From positions 1 through 40,979 of the IMG/VR virus record IMGVR_UViG_3300049828_000132: a stretch of DNA of 40,979 nt, one strand, 5' to 3'. Both the position numbers and the translations under genes were made by a program. Origin of the DNA: a virus (taxonomy: Duplodnaviria > Caudoviricetes). This document shows, one piece after another, positions 26,635-35,392 of this stretch (position 1 is its first letter; each line of letters starts with the position of its first letter). The notes under the pieces are model-generated. The model ran no database searches. It had not been told where the DNA came from and saw only the letters and a program-made list of their open reading frames with translations.

Positions 26635-26925
26635 GTGGCAAGAGGTGGAGCCCGGCCCGGTTCGGGTCGTAAACCTGGCGAGGCCAACAAGCGCAGCCAG
26701 GAAATCGCAGCGAAGGCACAAGTCGAGGGCATCACGCCCTTGGAGGTGATGCTGGCCGCGATGCGTGCTGCCCAGGAGGCCGGCAACGCCCGCGAGGCTG
26801 CCTTCTACGCCAACATGGCTGCACCCTACATGCACGCCCGCCTGAGCAGCATCAACGCCACCGCGCAGGTCCAGGGCTCGATGCAGGTGCGCATCGTGTC
26901 CGAGTTCGACGACCTGGTGGACTGA
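26635..26925 (+). CDS. terS: Terminase small subunit
   Basis: RGGARPGSGRKPG...TPLEVML...AAPYMHARL; directly upstream of TerL. Confidence 0.8.
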   Translation: MARGGARPGSGRKPGEANKRSQEIAAKAQVEGITPLEVMLAAMRAAQEAGNAREAAFYANMAAPYMHARLSSINATAQVQGSMQVRIVSEFDDLVD

Positions 26926-28247
26926 TGAGCCAGGCCATTCGCTTCGGCCTTCCCATGCGCCAGTGGCAGCGCGAGTGCGCCAAGCTGCGGGCGCGCTTTG
27001 TCGTGCTGGCCCTACACCGGCGCGCCGGCAAGACCGAGATCGGGCTCAAGAAGCTGCTGGACGCGGCCGTCAAGTGCGAGCTGGACTTGCCGCTGTACTT
27101 CTACGTCGCCCCCTACCTGAAGCAATCCAAGATCATCGCCTGGGCTCGGCTCAAGCAGATGGTCGCCCCGCTGATCCCGCACGGCATGGTCGAGGTGAGC
27201 GAGGTCGAGCTGGCCGTCACCTTTAAGCACAACAACGCCACGATCCGCATCTTCGGTGCCGACAACCCTGACGCGATGCGCGGCGTGCGCCTGGACGGCG
27301 CTGTGCTGGACGAGGTGGCCCAGATGAAGCCCGAGGTCTGGGACGAGATCATCCAGCCCGCGCTGTCCGACCGGATGGGCTGGGCCTGGTTCATCGGCAC
27401 GCCCAAGGGCATCAACGTGTTCAGCTCGCTGTTCTTCGCAGCCGAGGGCAAGGCCGGCTGGGCACGCGCCAGGTACACGGTCTACGACACCGACGCCCTG
27501 GACCCGGCCGAGGTCGAGCGACTGCGCGCCTCGATGTCCGAGCTGGGCTTCGCTCGCGAGTACCTGTGCGACTTCAGCGCAGCCGGCGACGACCAGCTTC
27601 TGTCCCTGACCGATGCCGAGTCGGCCGGGCGACGCGAGCACGCGATGGGTAGCAACGACTATGCGCCCCGCATCCTGGGCGTGGACCCTGCGCGCTTCGG
27701 CGACGACCGCTCGGTGATCTTCCCCCGCCAGGGCCTGGTGGCGCTCAAGCCCCTGGTGTTCCGTGGCATCGACAACATGACGCTGGCCGGGCACGTGGCC
27801 ATGCAGATCGAGCAGTGGTCGCCCGACGCGGTGTTCATCGACGCCGGCGCTGGCGCTGGGGTGATCGACCGGCTGCGCCAGCTCGGTCACGACGTGTTCG
27901 AGGTCAACTTCGGGGGTAAACCCAGCGACATCCGGTACGTGAACAAGCGCGCCGAGATGTGGTTCTTGCTGTCCGAGTGGATCAAGTCGGGCGGCTCGAT
28001 TCCGAACGACAACACCCTGAAGCTGGAGCTGGCCACGCCGACCTACAAGTTCGACGCGGCAAACCGCATCCAGTTGGAGTCCAAGGACGACATCAAGAAG
28101 CGCCTGCCCGATGCCGGCTCGCCCGACCTGGCCGATGCGCTGGCGCTGACCTTTGCGCATCCGGTGGCCAAGCGGTCCCTGATGGCGCAGTTTGGTGCGC
28201 GTACTGCGAACCGGGGTGAATACGATCCGCTCGAATCAATCCGATGA
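26925..28247 (+). CDS. terL: Terminase large subunit
   Basis: HRRAGKT (Walker A), VLDE (Walker B), IGTPKG, GVDPARFGDD, SPDLADALAL. Confidence 0.95.
   Translation: MSQAIRFGLPMRQWQRECAKLRARFVVLALHRRAGKTEIGLKKLLDAAVKCELDLPLYFYVAPYLKQSKIIAWARLKQMVAPLIPHGMVEVSEVELAVTFKHNNATIRIFGADNPDAMRGVRLDGAVLDEVAQMKPEVWDEIIQPALSDRMGWAWFIGTPKGINVFSSLFFAAEGKAGWARARYTVYDTDALDPAEVERLRASMSELGFAREYLCDFSAAGDDQLLSLTDAESAGRREHAMGSNDYAPRILGVDPARFGDDRSVIFPRQGLVALKPLVFRGIDNMTLAGHVAMQIEQWSPDAVFIDAGAGAGVIDRLRQLGHDVFEVNFGGKPSDIRYVNKRAEMWFLLSEWIKSGGSIPNDNTLKLELATPTYKFDAANRIQLESKDDIKKRLPDAGSPDLADALALTFAHPVAKRSLMAQFGARTANRGEYDPLESIR
28194..28226 (+). promoter_or_regulatory. Putative late promoter GGTGCGCGTA-N17-TACGAT within the terL 3' end
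   Basis: Motif copy with 17-nt spacing, upstream of the hydroxylase-GNAT gene. Confidence 0.7.
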
Positions 28248-28260
28248 GCCGCGCCCCTCG

Positions 28261-29301
28261 ATGCACAACTTTCAATGCCTGCTGACTGACTTGGACGTCG
28301 GGCCGATGCTCGACGCCCTCGACGCACGTCCGCAGCTTTGGAGTGAGATCACGGTTCGCCAGGATGCGCCAGGCTCCCCGCACCACGACACCGAGTGCAT
28401 CTGGCTGCGCGGCCCTCGCGAGATCACCCTGGACTCGGTGTTCAACGACCTGCGCTCGGTCGACTACTTGTCGATGCACGAGCTGGCCGAGGTGGTCTAC
28501 CCGCTGGTGGCCCCGATCCTGCGCCAGCTCGGCTCGACGGTGCTGGGCCGCGTGATGATCGTCAACCTGCAACCCGGCGGCGTCATCGACCCGCACGAGG
28601 ACCAGGGTAAGTACGCCAAGACCTTCAGCCGATTCCACCTGGTGCTCAAGTCTGAGCCCGGCAACACGTTCACGTGCGACGGCGAGACTGTGCACATGGC
28701 ACCGGGCGAGCTGTGGTGGTTCAATCATCGCGGCGAGCACACGGTGCGCAACGACTCGACCGAGCCTCGGATTCACGTCATCTTCGACGCTCAGGTGCCA
28801 GGCTTCCAGGTCCGTCCCCTGAGCTCGGTCACCAAGAACCCAGCCGCCGGCATCCGCATCGTCGAGATGCCCATGACCGGGCGCATCGACGAGATGTGGT
28901 CGCTGCTGGCTGCGCACTGGGACGAGGTGGCCAAGAACAAGCAGGTCATGGTGCTCAAGCCCGACCGGGCCAAGTACGAAATGCTCGAAGCCCAGGGCGC
29001 GCTGCTGTGCCTGGCGGCCATCGAGCCCGACGGCGAGATCGTGGGCTACTCGGTGAGCTTCGTCGGCCCGCACATCCACTACGCCGACCTGGTGGTCGCC
29101 AACAACGACGTGCTGTTCCTGCGTGAGGACTTGCGCCCGAGCAGCATCGGGCTGCGCTTGCTCAAGGAAACCGAGCGGGCCGCAAAAGCCAAGGGGGCCC
29201 GGCTGATGCTGTGGCACGCCAAAGAACACACCGCGCTCGCCAAGATCATGCCCCGAATGGGCTACGGCGTGCAGGACATCATTTTCAGCAAGGAGATTTA
29301 A
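28261..29301 (+). CDS. Fusion of Asp/Asn beta-hydroxylase-like 2OG-Fe(II) dioxygenase and GNAT acetyltransferase
   Basis: N-half: RVMIVNLQPGGVIDPHED (HxD), RFHLVL, GELWWFN...H.V.N...RIHVIFD. C-half: IVGY, LFLREDLRPSSIGLRLLK.TE..AK..GA, MGY. Confidence 0.85.
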   Translation: MHNFQCLLTDLDVGPMLDALDARPQLWSEITVRQDAPGSPHHDTECIWLRGPREITLDSVFNDLRSVDYLSMHELAEVVYPLVAPILRQLGSTVLGRVMIVNLQPGGVIDPHEDQGKYAKTFSRFHLVLKSEPGNTFTCDGETVHMAPGELWWFNHRGEHTVRNDSTEPRIHVIFDAQVPGFQVRPLSSVTKNPAAGIRIVEMPMTGRIDEMWSLLAAHWDEVAKNKQVMVLKPDRAKYEMLEAQGALLCLAAIEPDGEIVGYSVSFVGPHIHYADLVVANNDVLFLREDLRPSSIGLRLLKETERAAKAKGARLMLWHAKEHTALAKIMPRMGYGVQDIIFSKEI

Positions 29302-29303
29302 CA

Positions 29304-29966
29304 ATGGCCGTTTCAGCAGTTGTCGCAGCCGCCGCCGGCGCAGGTGCCAGCGCCCTGGGTGCCACCGCACTGACGGCTGCTGCCGTCGGAGCCGGTGCCG
29401 GTGCCGTCACCTCCCAGGTCAAGAGCGCGAAGGAGGCGGCCAAGGCGCAGACCGCCGCTGTCAACACCGCCCAGCAGCAGGCCCAGACCCAGGCCACGGC
29501 CATCCAGGACCAGACCGCCGCGCTGCGCGAGCAGCTCGCCCAAAGCCAGCGCCAGCTTGAGCAGCAGGCTTTGCAGAACCAGTCGCTGCTCACCCAGCAG
29601 CAGGCTCAGTTCGACACCTCCCTCAAGACCCAGCAGGAGCAGGCCGCCGCGACCGCCCTGGGTCAGCAAAAGCAGTTCGACACGCTGCTCACCCAGCAGC
29701 AGCAGCAGTTCGCCACGCAGTCGGCCGAGACTCAAAAGCAGTACGAGCAGACCCTGGCCCAGCAGCAAGAGCAGGCCGCTGCCCAGGCCCAGCTCGCCGA
29801 GGAGCAGAAGAACCGCGCAAACCAGAAGAAGCCGGCCAGCGAGGGCTTCATCGCCAAGAACGAGCGCGCCGGCATGTCCGGCCAGGCCAGCACGCTGCTG
29901 ACCGGGATGCAGGGCGTATCGGGCGCATCGCTGCCCCTGGGCAAAACAACCCTGCTGGGGGGCTAA
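29304..29966 (+). CDS. Gln-rich coiled-coil virion protein, pilot/ejection-protein-like
   Basis: Gly/Ala hydrophobic N-terminus, Gln-rich 11-residue repeats, STLLTG...LGKTTLLGG C-terminus, directly before the portal gene. Confidence 0.75.
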   Translation: MAVSAVVAAAAGAGASALGATALTAAAVGAGAGAVTSQVKSAKEAAKAQTAAVNTAQQQAQTQATAIQDQTAALREQLAQSQRQLEQQALQNQSLLTQQQAQFDTSLKTQQEQAAATALGQQKQFDTLLTQQQQQFATQSAETQKQYEQTLAQQQEQAAAQAQLAEEQKNRANQKKPASEGFIAKNERAGMSGQASTLLTGMQGVSGASLPLGKTTLLGG

Positions 29967-29969
29967 CCG

Positions 29970-31640
29970 ATGGACCAAATGAAAACACCGCGCGACCGAC
30001 TCTATTCCCGATGGGGCGCGCTCAAGACCGAGCGCTCGACCTACGTCCAGCACTGGAAAGAGATCAGCGACTACCTGCTGCCCCGATCCGGGCGGTACTT
30101 CGTGACCGACCGCAACAAGGGTGAGCGACGTCACAACAACATTTACGACTCGACCGGCACCCGCGCCCTGCGCGTGCTGGGGGCTGGGCTGATGGGTGGG
30201 GCCACAAGTCCTGCCCGTCCCTGGTTCCGCCTGGCCACTGCCGACCCCGACATGATGGACTTCGCGCCCGTCAAGCTGTGGCTGTCCCAGGTGCAGCGCC
30301 AGATGCTGGACATCTTCCAGCGCTCGAACACGTACCGCTCCCTGCACTCGATGTATGAGGAGATCGGCGCGTTCGGCACCGGCGCGGCCATCGTGATGGA
30401 CGACTACGACGACGTGATCCGCCACCACGTGCTCACGACCGGCGAATACGCCATCGCCCAGAACTACCGGGGCGAGATCGTCACGATGTACCGCGAGTTC
30501 CAGAAAACCGTGGGCGAGCTGATGGGCGAGTTCGGGCGCGAGAACTGCTCGCAGACCGTGCGCAACCTGTACGACCGTGGCTCGCTCGATTCCTGGGTGA
30601 GCATCATCCACGCCATCGAGCCCCGCGCCGACCGCGACCTGCGCAAGTACGACGACATGAACATGGCGTTCAAGTCCTGCTACTTCGAGATCGGTGCCGA
30701 CGCCGGCAAGTTCCTGCGCGAGTCCGGTTACAAGACTTTCCCCGGCCTGGTGCCACGCTGGTCGGTCGTGGGTGGTGACATCTACGGCTCAAGCCCAGGC
30801 ATGGAGGCGCTGGGCGACATCAAGCAGTTACAGCACGAGCAACTGCGCAAGGCCCAGGGCATCGACTACATGACGCGCCCGCCGCTGCAGGCCCCGAGCT
30901 CGATGAAGAACCACGCCATCGACATGCTGCCTGGCGGCACGACCTACGTGGACATGGCCGGCCCGAGCGCCGGCGTCAAGACCATGTTCGAGGTGCGCCT
31001 GGACCTGAACCACCTGCTCGCCGACATCCAGGACGTGCGCGGGCGGATCAACCAGACGTTCTACACCGACCTGTTCCTGATGCTGGCGTCCGCCCCCAAG
31101 AACAACATGACCGCGACCGAAGTGGCCGAGCGCCACGAGGAAAAGCTGCTCATGCTGGGTCCGGTGCTGGAGCGCTTGCACAACGAGCTGCTGGACCCGC
31201 TGATCGAGCGCACCTTCACGCGCATGATCGAGGCGAACCTGGTGCCGCCACCCCCCGAGGAGCTGCAAGGCGTCGACCTGAACGTGCAATACGTGTCGAT
31301 GCTGGCCCAGGCCCAGCGTGCGGTGGCCACCAACGGTATCGACCGGTTCGTCGGCAACCTGGGCGCGGTCGCTCAGTACAAGCCCGACGTGCTGGACAAG
31401 TTCGACTCGGACAAGTGGGCCGACGCCTACTCGGACATGCTGGGCGTGGACCCCGAGCTGATCGTCTCGAACGAGCGCGTGGCCATGATCCGCAGCCAGC
31501 GAGCCCAGGCCGCAGCCGAGGCGCAGGTGCAGGCGCAAAACGCCCAGGCCGCAGCCACTGCCAAGGACGCAGCCGCCGCTGGTGGTGGCGGTGCCGATGG
31601 CTTGACCAACGCGATGAGTATGTTCAGCGGCTACCAGTAA
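29970..31640 (+). CDS. Portal (head-tail connector) protein, T7/BPP-1 type
   Basis: 556 aa; TSPARPWFRL, YGSSPG, MTATEVAER.EEK...LGPVLERL..ELL.PLI. Confidence 0.93.
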   Translation: MDQMKTPRDRLYSRWGALKTERSTYVQHWKEISDYLLPRSGRYFVTDRNKGERRHNNIYDSTGTRALRVLGAGLMGGATSPARPWFRLATADPDMMDFAPVKLWLSQVQRQMLDIFQRSNTYRSLHSMYEEIGAFGTGAAIVMDDYDDVIRHHVLTTGEYAIAQNYRGEIVTMYREFQKTVGELMGEFGRENCSQTVRNLYDRGSLDSWVSIIHAIEPRADRDLRKYDDMNMAFKSCYFEIGADAGKFLRESGYKTFPGLVPRWSVVGGDIYGSSPGMEALGDIKQLQHEQLRKAQGIDYMTRPPLQAPSSMKNHAIDMLPGGTTYVDMAGPSAGVKTMFEVRLDLNHLLADIQDVRGRINQTFYTDLFLMLASAPKNNMTATEVAERHEEKLLMLGPVLERLHNELLDPLIERTFTRMIEANLVPPPPEELQGVDLNVQYVSMLAQAQRAVATNGIDRFVGNLGAVAQYKPDVLDKFDSDKWADAYSDMLGVDPELIVSNERVAMIRSQRAQAAAEAQVQAQNAQAAATAKDAAAAGGGGADGLTNAMSMFSGYQ

Positions 31641-31651
31641 AGGACACGACG

Positions 31652-31972
31652 ATGGCAATGACCAACATGAAGATGAGCGCCACCGAGCGCAAGGAATACA
31701 TGGGCGAGACAGTCGCCAGCGAGGGTCCCGAGTACCCCTACGGCCTTTGCCTTCGCCTGGACGACGACGCCCTGGAGAAGTTGGGTCTGACTGAGCTGCC
31801 TGCCGTGGGCACCGAGGTCATGGTGATGGCCAAGGCCGTCGTCAAGTCCACCAGCGCCTACGCCCGCAATGGTGAGGAGAACCACCGCGACGTCGAGCTG
31901 CAAGTCACCGACATGGAGCTTGGCCCTGTGGCCAGCGCCAGCTCGGCAGCCGACGCGCTGTACGGGGCCTGA
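31652..31972 (+). CDS. Small head-associated protein (capsid staple-like)
   Basis: YPYGLCLRLDDDALEKLG...VELQVTDM...LYG; AAGGA RBS. Confidence 0.7.
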   Translation: MAMTNMKMSATERKEYMGETVASEGPEYPYGLCLRLDDDALEKLGLTELPAVGTEVMVMAKAVVKSTSAYARNGEENHRDVELQVTDMELGPVASASSAADALYGA

Positions 31973-31973
31973 T

Positions 31974-32543
31974 GTGACCGTGCGCCAAAAGTACCAGGGC
32001 GCACCCTGGCTTTATGACGACACCACCGGTGACCTGGTGGGCGTCAAGGACCCGGACGGCAGCGAGTTTTACTGGCAGCGCGTGCCGCGCCTGGGGGTGT
32101 TCTTCGACACGAGCTCGCAGACCGACGGCTCGGGTCTGGTGGCCATGACGTTCAACACCCAGGCGATGAGCCGGGGCGTGTCGGTTGTGGACGGCTCCAA
32201 GATCGTGGCCGACCGTGCAGGTTTGTACGAGTTCCAGCTCTCGACGCACATCCACAACTCGGACACTCAGTCGCACACCTTCGAGCTGTGGGGTCGGGTG
32301 AACGGCGTTGACATCCCGAACAGTCGGTTCATCTACTCCGTGCCCAGCAAGCACGGCAGCACACCCGGCGCGCTGATCCCCTCGCAAAACTTCTGGCTGG
32401 CGCTCAACGCCGGCGACCAGGTGCAAGTGATGTGGATGGCCGAAAACGCAGCGGTGACCATCGCCTACCACGCAGCCGAAACGGGCCGTCCGGTGTCGCC
32501 ATCGCTGCTGCTCACGGTCAAAGAGATCGCGCCGCTGGCGTGA
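31974..32543 (+). CDS. C1q/BclA-like beta-sandwich protein, possible head fibre or decoration
   Basis: GTG start; F.T...GVSV...AGLYEFQ...VNGVDIPNS...LNAGDQVQV strand pattern. Confidence 0.6.
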   Translation: MTVRQKYQGAPWLYDDTTGDLVGVKDPDGSEFYWQRVPRLGVFFDTSSQTDGSGLVAMTFNTQAMSRGVSVVDGSKIVADRAGLYEFQLSTHIHNSDTQSHTFELWGRVNGVDIPNSRFIYSVPSKHGSTPGALIPSQNFWLALNAGDQVQVMWMAENAAVTIAYHAAETGRPVSPSLLLTVKEIAPLA

Positions 32544-32545
32544 GT

Positions 32546-32578
32546 GGTGCGCGTACCCACAACCTGCCCGACTAGATT
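32546..32578 (+). promoter_or_regulatory. Putative late promoter GGTGCGCGTA-N17-TAGATT upstream of the head operon
   Basis: Intergenic motif copy; the downstream ATG at 32585 lies 6 nt after the hexamer, so the mRNA may be leaderless. Confidence 0.72.
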
Positions 32579-32584
32579 TGCGCC

Positions 32585-32932
32585 ATGAGTTCATTCGACC
32601 CACTCGACCTACGGGGTCAAGAGCGAGCAGCCGATGATGCCAAGCATCGCGAACGCATCGCCAAGACTGACGAGGCTGACGATTTCAAGTGGCTCATGGG
32701 CAGCAAGCGGGGGCGTCGGGTTATCTGGCGTCTTCTGGATCGAGCCGGTGTGTTCCGGCTCTCGTTCAATACCAACGCGATGCACATGGCATTTGCTGAA
32801 GGTAACCGAAACGAGGGTCTACGCATCTTGGCGCAGATTCACTCGCTCTGCCCTGAGCTGTACCCGGTGATGATGAAGGAACAGATAAATGACAACCGAA
32901 TCGCTGATGACGGACGCCGCAACGACCACTGA
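32585..32932 (+). CDS. Bbp19-like conserved head-module protein
   Basis: DFKWLM...GRRVIWRLL...F...AFAEG.RN.GL motif; lies before the scaffold gene. Confidence 0.8.
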   Translation: MSSFDPLDLRGQERAADDAKHRERIAKTDEADDFKWLMGSKRGRRVIWRLLDRAGVFRLSFNTNAMHMAFAEGNRNEGLRILAQIHSLCPELYPVMMKEQINDNRIADDGRRNDH

Positions 32933-33572
32933 AGGCAACGCATCGCAAGGCGCACCAGGTGCGACGGACGCAGCCGCTGCTACCGCAGCCGGCAACGCAG
33001 CCGCCACATCCGATGCGTCGAACCAGCAGCAAGCTGCCCAAGGCCAGAACACCGACGCCGCAAAGCCGGCCGATGGTGGTCAGACCCCAAGCGACCAGGA
33101 CAAGCCGCAAGGCGCGCCTGACAAGTACGAGTTCAAGCTGCCCGATGGCGTCCAACTGGACGACAAAGGGACCACGGCCTTCTCGGAAGTCGCGAAGGAG
33201 CTGAACCTGACCCAGGAAGCTGCGCAAAAGGTGCTCGACAAGATGGGTCCGGTGATCGCCGGCCGTCACGTTGAAGCCCTGACCCAGGCGAAAGCCCAAT
33301 GGGTCGAAGGCGCGAAGTCCGACAAGGAGTTCGGTGGCGACAAGCTAGGTGAGAACCTGGCCGTGGCCAAGAAAGCCCTCGACACGTTTGGCACACCTGA
33401 GTTGCGCACGCTGTTGAACGAGTCCGGCCTGGGCAATCACCCCGAGATCATTCGGGCGTTTTTCAGGGCGGGCAAGGCAATCAGTGAGGACAAGTTTGTG
33501 CCTGCGGGCACCGGCAGTCCGAAGGGCGTGAAGGCTGCCGCCGACGCGCTCTACCCGAATCAGCAACGCTAA
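32889..33572 (+). CDS. Capsid assembly scaffolding protein
   Basis: Low-complexity N-terminus, APDKYEF, AKELNLTQE.AQK, GLGNHPEIIRAF...GK.ISED; precedes the MCP. Confidence 0.85.
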   Translation: MTTESLMTDAATTTEGNASQGAPGATDAAAATAAGNAAATSDASNQQQAAQGQNTDAAKPADGGQTPSDQDKPQGAPDKYEFKLPDGVQLDDKGTTAFSEVAKELNLTQEAAQKVLDKMGPVIAGRHVEALTQAKAQWVEGAKSDKEFGGDKLGENLAVAKKALDTFGTPELRTLLNESGLGNHPEIIRAFFRAGKAISEDKFVPAGTGSPKGVKAAADALYPNQQR

Positions 33573-33586
33573 TAGGAGCTTTTTAA

Positions 33587-34591
33587 ATGGCAACTCTCTC
33601 TAACACCGCGCTCACCCTGGCCGATTGGGCCAAGCGCACCGACCCCGAAGGTCGCGTCCCCGTCGTCGCCGAGCTGCTGTCGCAGACCAACGAGATTCTC
33701 GAAGATGCCGTGTTCATGGAAGGCAACTTGCCGACCGGCCACCGCACCGTGATCCGTACCGGCTTGCCCAACGTCTACTGGCGTGCTCTGAACCAGGGTA
33801 TCCCGAACTCCAAGTCGACCACCGCTCAGGTGGACGAGTCCTGCGGCATCTTGGAAGCACGCAGCGAAGTGGACAAGGACCTGGCCGAGTTGAACGGCAA
33901 CACCAGCCAGTTCCGCTTGTCTGAAGATCAGGCTTTCCTGGAAGCCATGAACCAGACCCAAGCCACCACGATGTTCTACGGCAACCCTGCCAGCGACGCG
34001 AAGCAGTACCTGGGCCTGGCCACTCGCTACGGCGCGATCTCCGGTGCTGGCAACGCTGCCAACATCATCGACGCCGGCGGCACTGGCTCCGACAACACCT
34101 CGATCTACTTGGTCGTGTGGGGCGAGAACACCGTGTTCTGCCCATTCCCGAAGGGCTCCAAGGCCGGTCTGATGCACAACGACCTGGGCGAGCAGACTGT
34201 GTACAACGGCGACGGCACTCGTATGCAAGCCTTGTCCACTCAGTACCAGTGGAAGAACGGCCTGGTCGTGAAAGACTGGCGCTATGTGGTGCGCATCTGC
34301 AACATCGACGTGTCGAACCTGACCGGCGAATCCAGCGCTGCCGACCTCATCAAATTGATGAGCCGCGCCCTGGACCGTATCCCGAACCTGAGCTTCGGTC
34401 GTCCCGTGTTCTACATGAACCGCACTGTGTACTCGATGCTGCGCATCCAGGCATTGGCCAAGAGCCAGAACGTGTTGGGCGTCGAGAAGGGCCTCAACCA
34501 GTTCGGCACCGCCGCCTCCTGGTTGTCCTTCGAGGGCGTACCACTGCGCAAGGTTGACGCCTTGTTGAACACCGAGGCCCGCGTGGTCTAA
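33587..34591 (+). CDS. Major capsid protein (BPP-1 Bbp17-like)
   Basis: 334 aa, TLADWAKR...ELLSQTNEIL.D...EGN..TGH...RTGLP; strong AGGAG RBS and highly biased codons. Confidence 0.93.
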   Translation: MATLSNTALTLADWAKRTDPEGRVPVVAELLSQTNEILEDAVFMEGNLPTGHRTVIRTGLPNVYWRALNQGIPNSKSTTAQVDESCGILEARSEVDKDLAELNGNTSQFRLSEDQAFLEAMNQTQATTMFYGNPASDAKQYLGLATRYGAISGAGNAANIIDAGGTGSDNTSIYLVVWGENTVFCPFPKGSKAGLMHNDLGEQTVYNGDGTRMQALSTQYQWKNGLVVKDWRYVVRICNIDVSNLTGESSAADLIKLMSRALDRIPNLSFGRPVFYMNRTVYSMLRIQALAKSQNVLGVEKGLNQFGTAASWLSFEGVPLRKVDALLNTEARVV

Positions 34592-34596
34592 AGGGT

Positions 34597-34614
34597 AGGG
34601 GGCTTCGGCCCCTT
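34597..34614 (+). other. cUUCGg hairpin after the MCP gene (mRNA stabiliser or weak terminator)
   Basis: AGGGGGC-TTCG-GCCCCTT with no U-tract. Confidence 0.55.
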
Positions 34615-34652
34615 GCTCGCAGCACGAACTCAAATCTGAAAGGACCTGATCC

Positions 34653-35081
34653 ATGATTACCGACAAACTCCTCCGTGTGTCCGACGCTCAAGCCGTCACC
34701 ACGACCGCCGTTTCGACCGACACCGTTGACCTGGGCGTTGCCCGCGACATCGGCGCAGGCGAGAACCTCTACATGAACTTCACCGTGGGCACTGCCTTCG
34801 CAGGTGGCACCTCGACTGAGTTCCAGGTGATCGGCTCGGCTTCTGCCGATCTGAGCTCGCCGACCGTGTTGGGCAGCTCCGGTGCCATCGCCACTGCCGG
34901 CTTGACTGCTGGCAAGCGCGCTGCGGTTCGCGTGAACCCCCAGATCGGCAGCAACGGCCTGCGCTACTTCGGCGCTCGCTACGTGGTCGTCGGCACAAAC
35001 TCCGCCGGCACTGTGACCGCTGACGTGGTTCACGGCGTGCAGGACAACAAGTCCTACGCATCCGGCTTCACCGTGGCCTGA
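34653..35081 (+). CDS. Capsid cement protein (Bbp16-like)
   Basis: MITDKLL..SDAQAVT..AVST..VDLG, LRY....Y.V; directly after the MCP. Confidence 0.85.
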   Translation: MITDKLLRVSDAQAVTTTAVSTDTVDLGVARDIGAGENLYMNFTVGTAFAGGTSTEFQVIGSASADLSSPTVLGSSGAIATAGLTAGKRAAVRVNPQIGSNGLRYFGARYVVVGTNSAGTVTADVVHGVQDNKSYASGFTVA

Positions 35082-35093
35082 TAGGGAGTCGAC

Positions 35094-35300
35094 ATGGCGA
35101 AATACCGCGTTCTCACCAAGTCCTTCATCAACAACGCCATCGTGGAAGCTGGTGATGTCGTCGATTACGACGGCAAGCCCGGCTCGAACCTGGAGCTGAT
35201 CGAGGGCGACAAGCCCGAAGTCAAGGCGAAGGGCAAGGGTAAGGGCGCGACGCCTGTCGCTCCTGAAGCTGGCGGTGACGCCGGCGCAGACCTGGTGTAA
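35094..35300 (+). CDS. Small virion-module protein
   Basis: MAKYRVLTKSFINN...GDVV.YDG..GSNLE; GGGAG RBS. Confidence 0.75.
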   Translation: MAKYRVLTKSFINNAIVEAGDVVDYDGKPGSNLELIEGDKPEVKAKGKGKGATPVAPEAGGDAGADLV

Positions 35301-35336
35301 GGGACCAAACAGTCTTTCTTAGCAGGAAGGCCATTC

Positions 35337-35374
35337 GGGGGGCTGCGCGTGCGAACGTCAGCCCCCTTTTTTAT
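35337..35374 (+). terminator. Rho-independent terminator after the capsid genes
   Basis: GGGGGCTG...CAGCCCCC stem followed by TTTTTTAT. Confidence 0.8.
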
Positions 35375-35392
35375 TGAACAAAGGGGTGCGCT

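Noticed and set aside
35342-35352. Sixth late-promoter copy (gctgcgcgtgc)
   Set aside because: Two mismatches to the 10-mer, no -10 at 17 nt, and it lies within a terminator hairpin.
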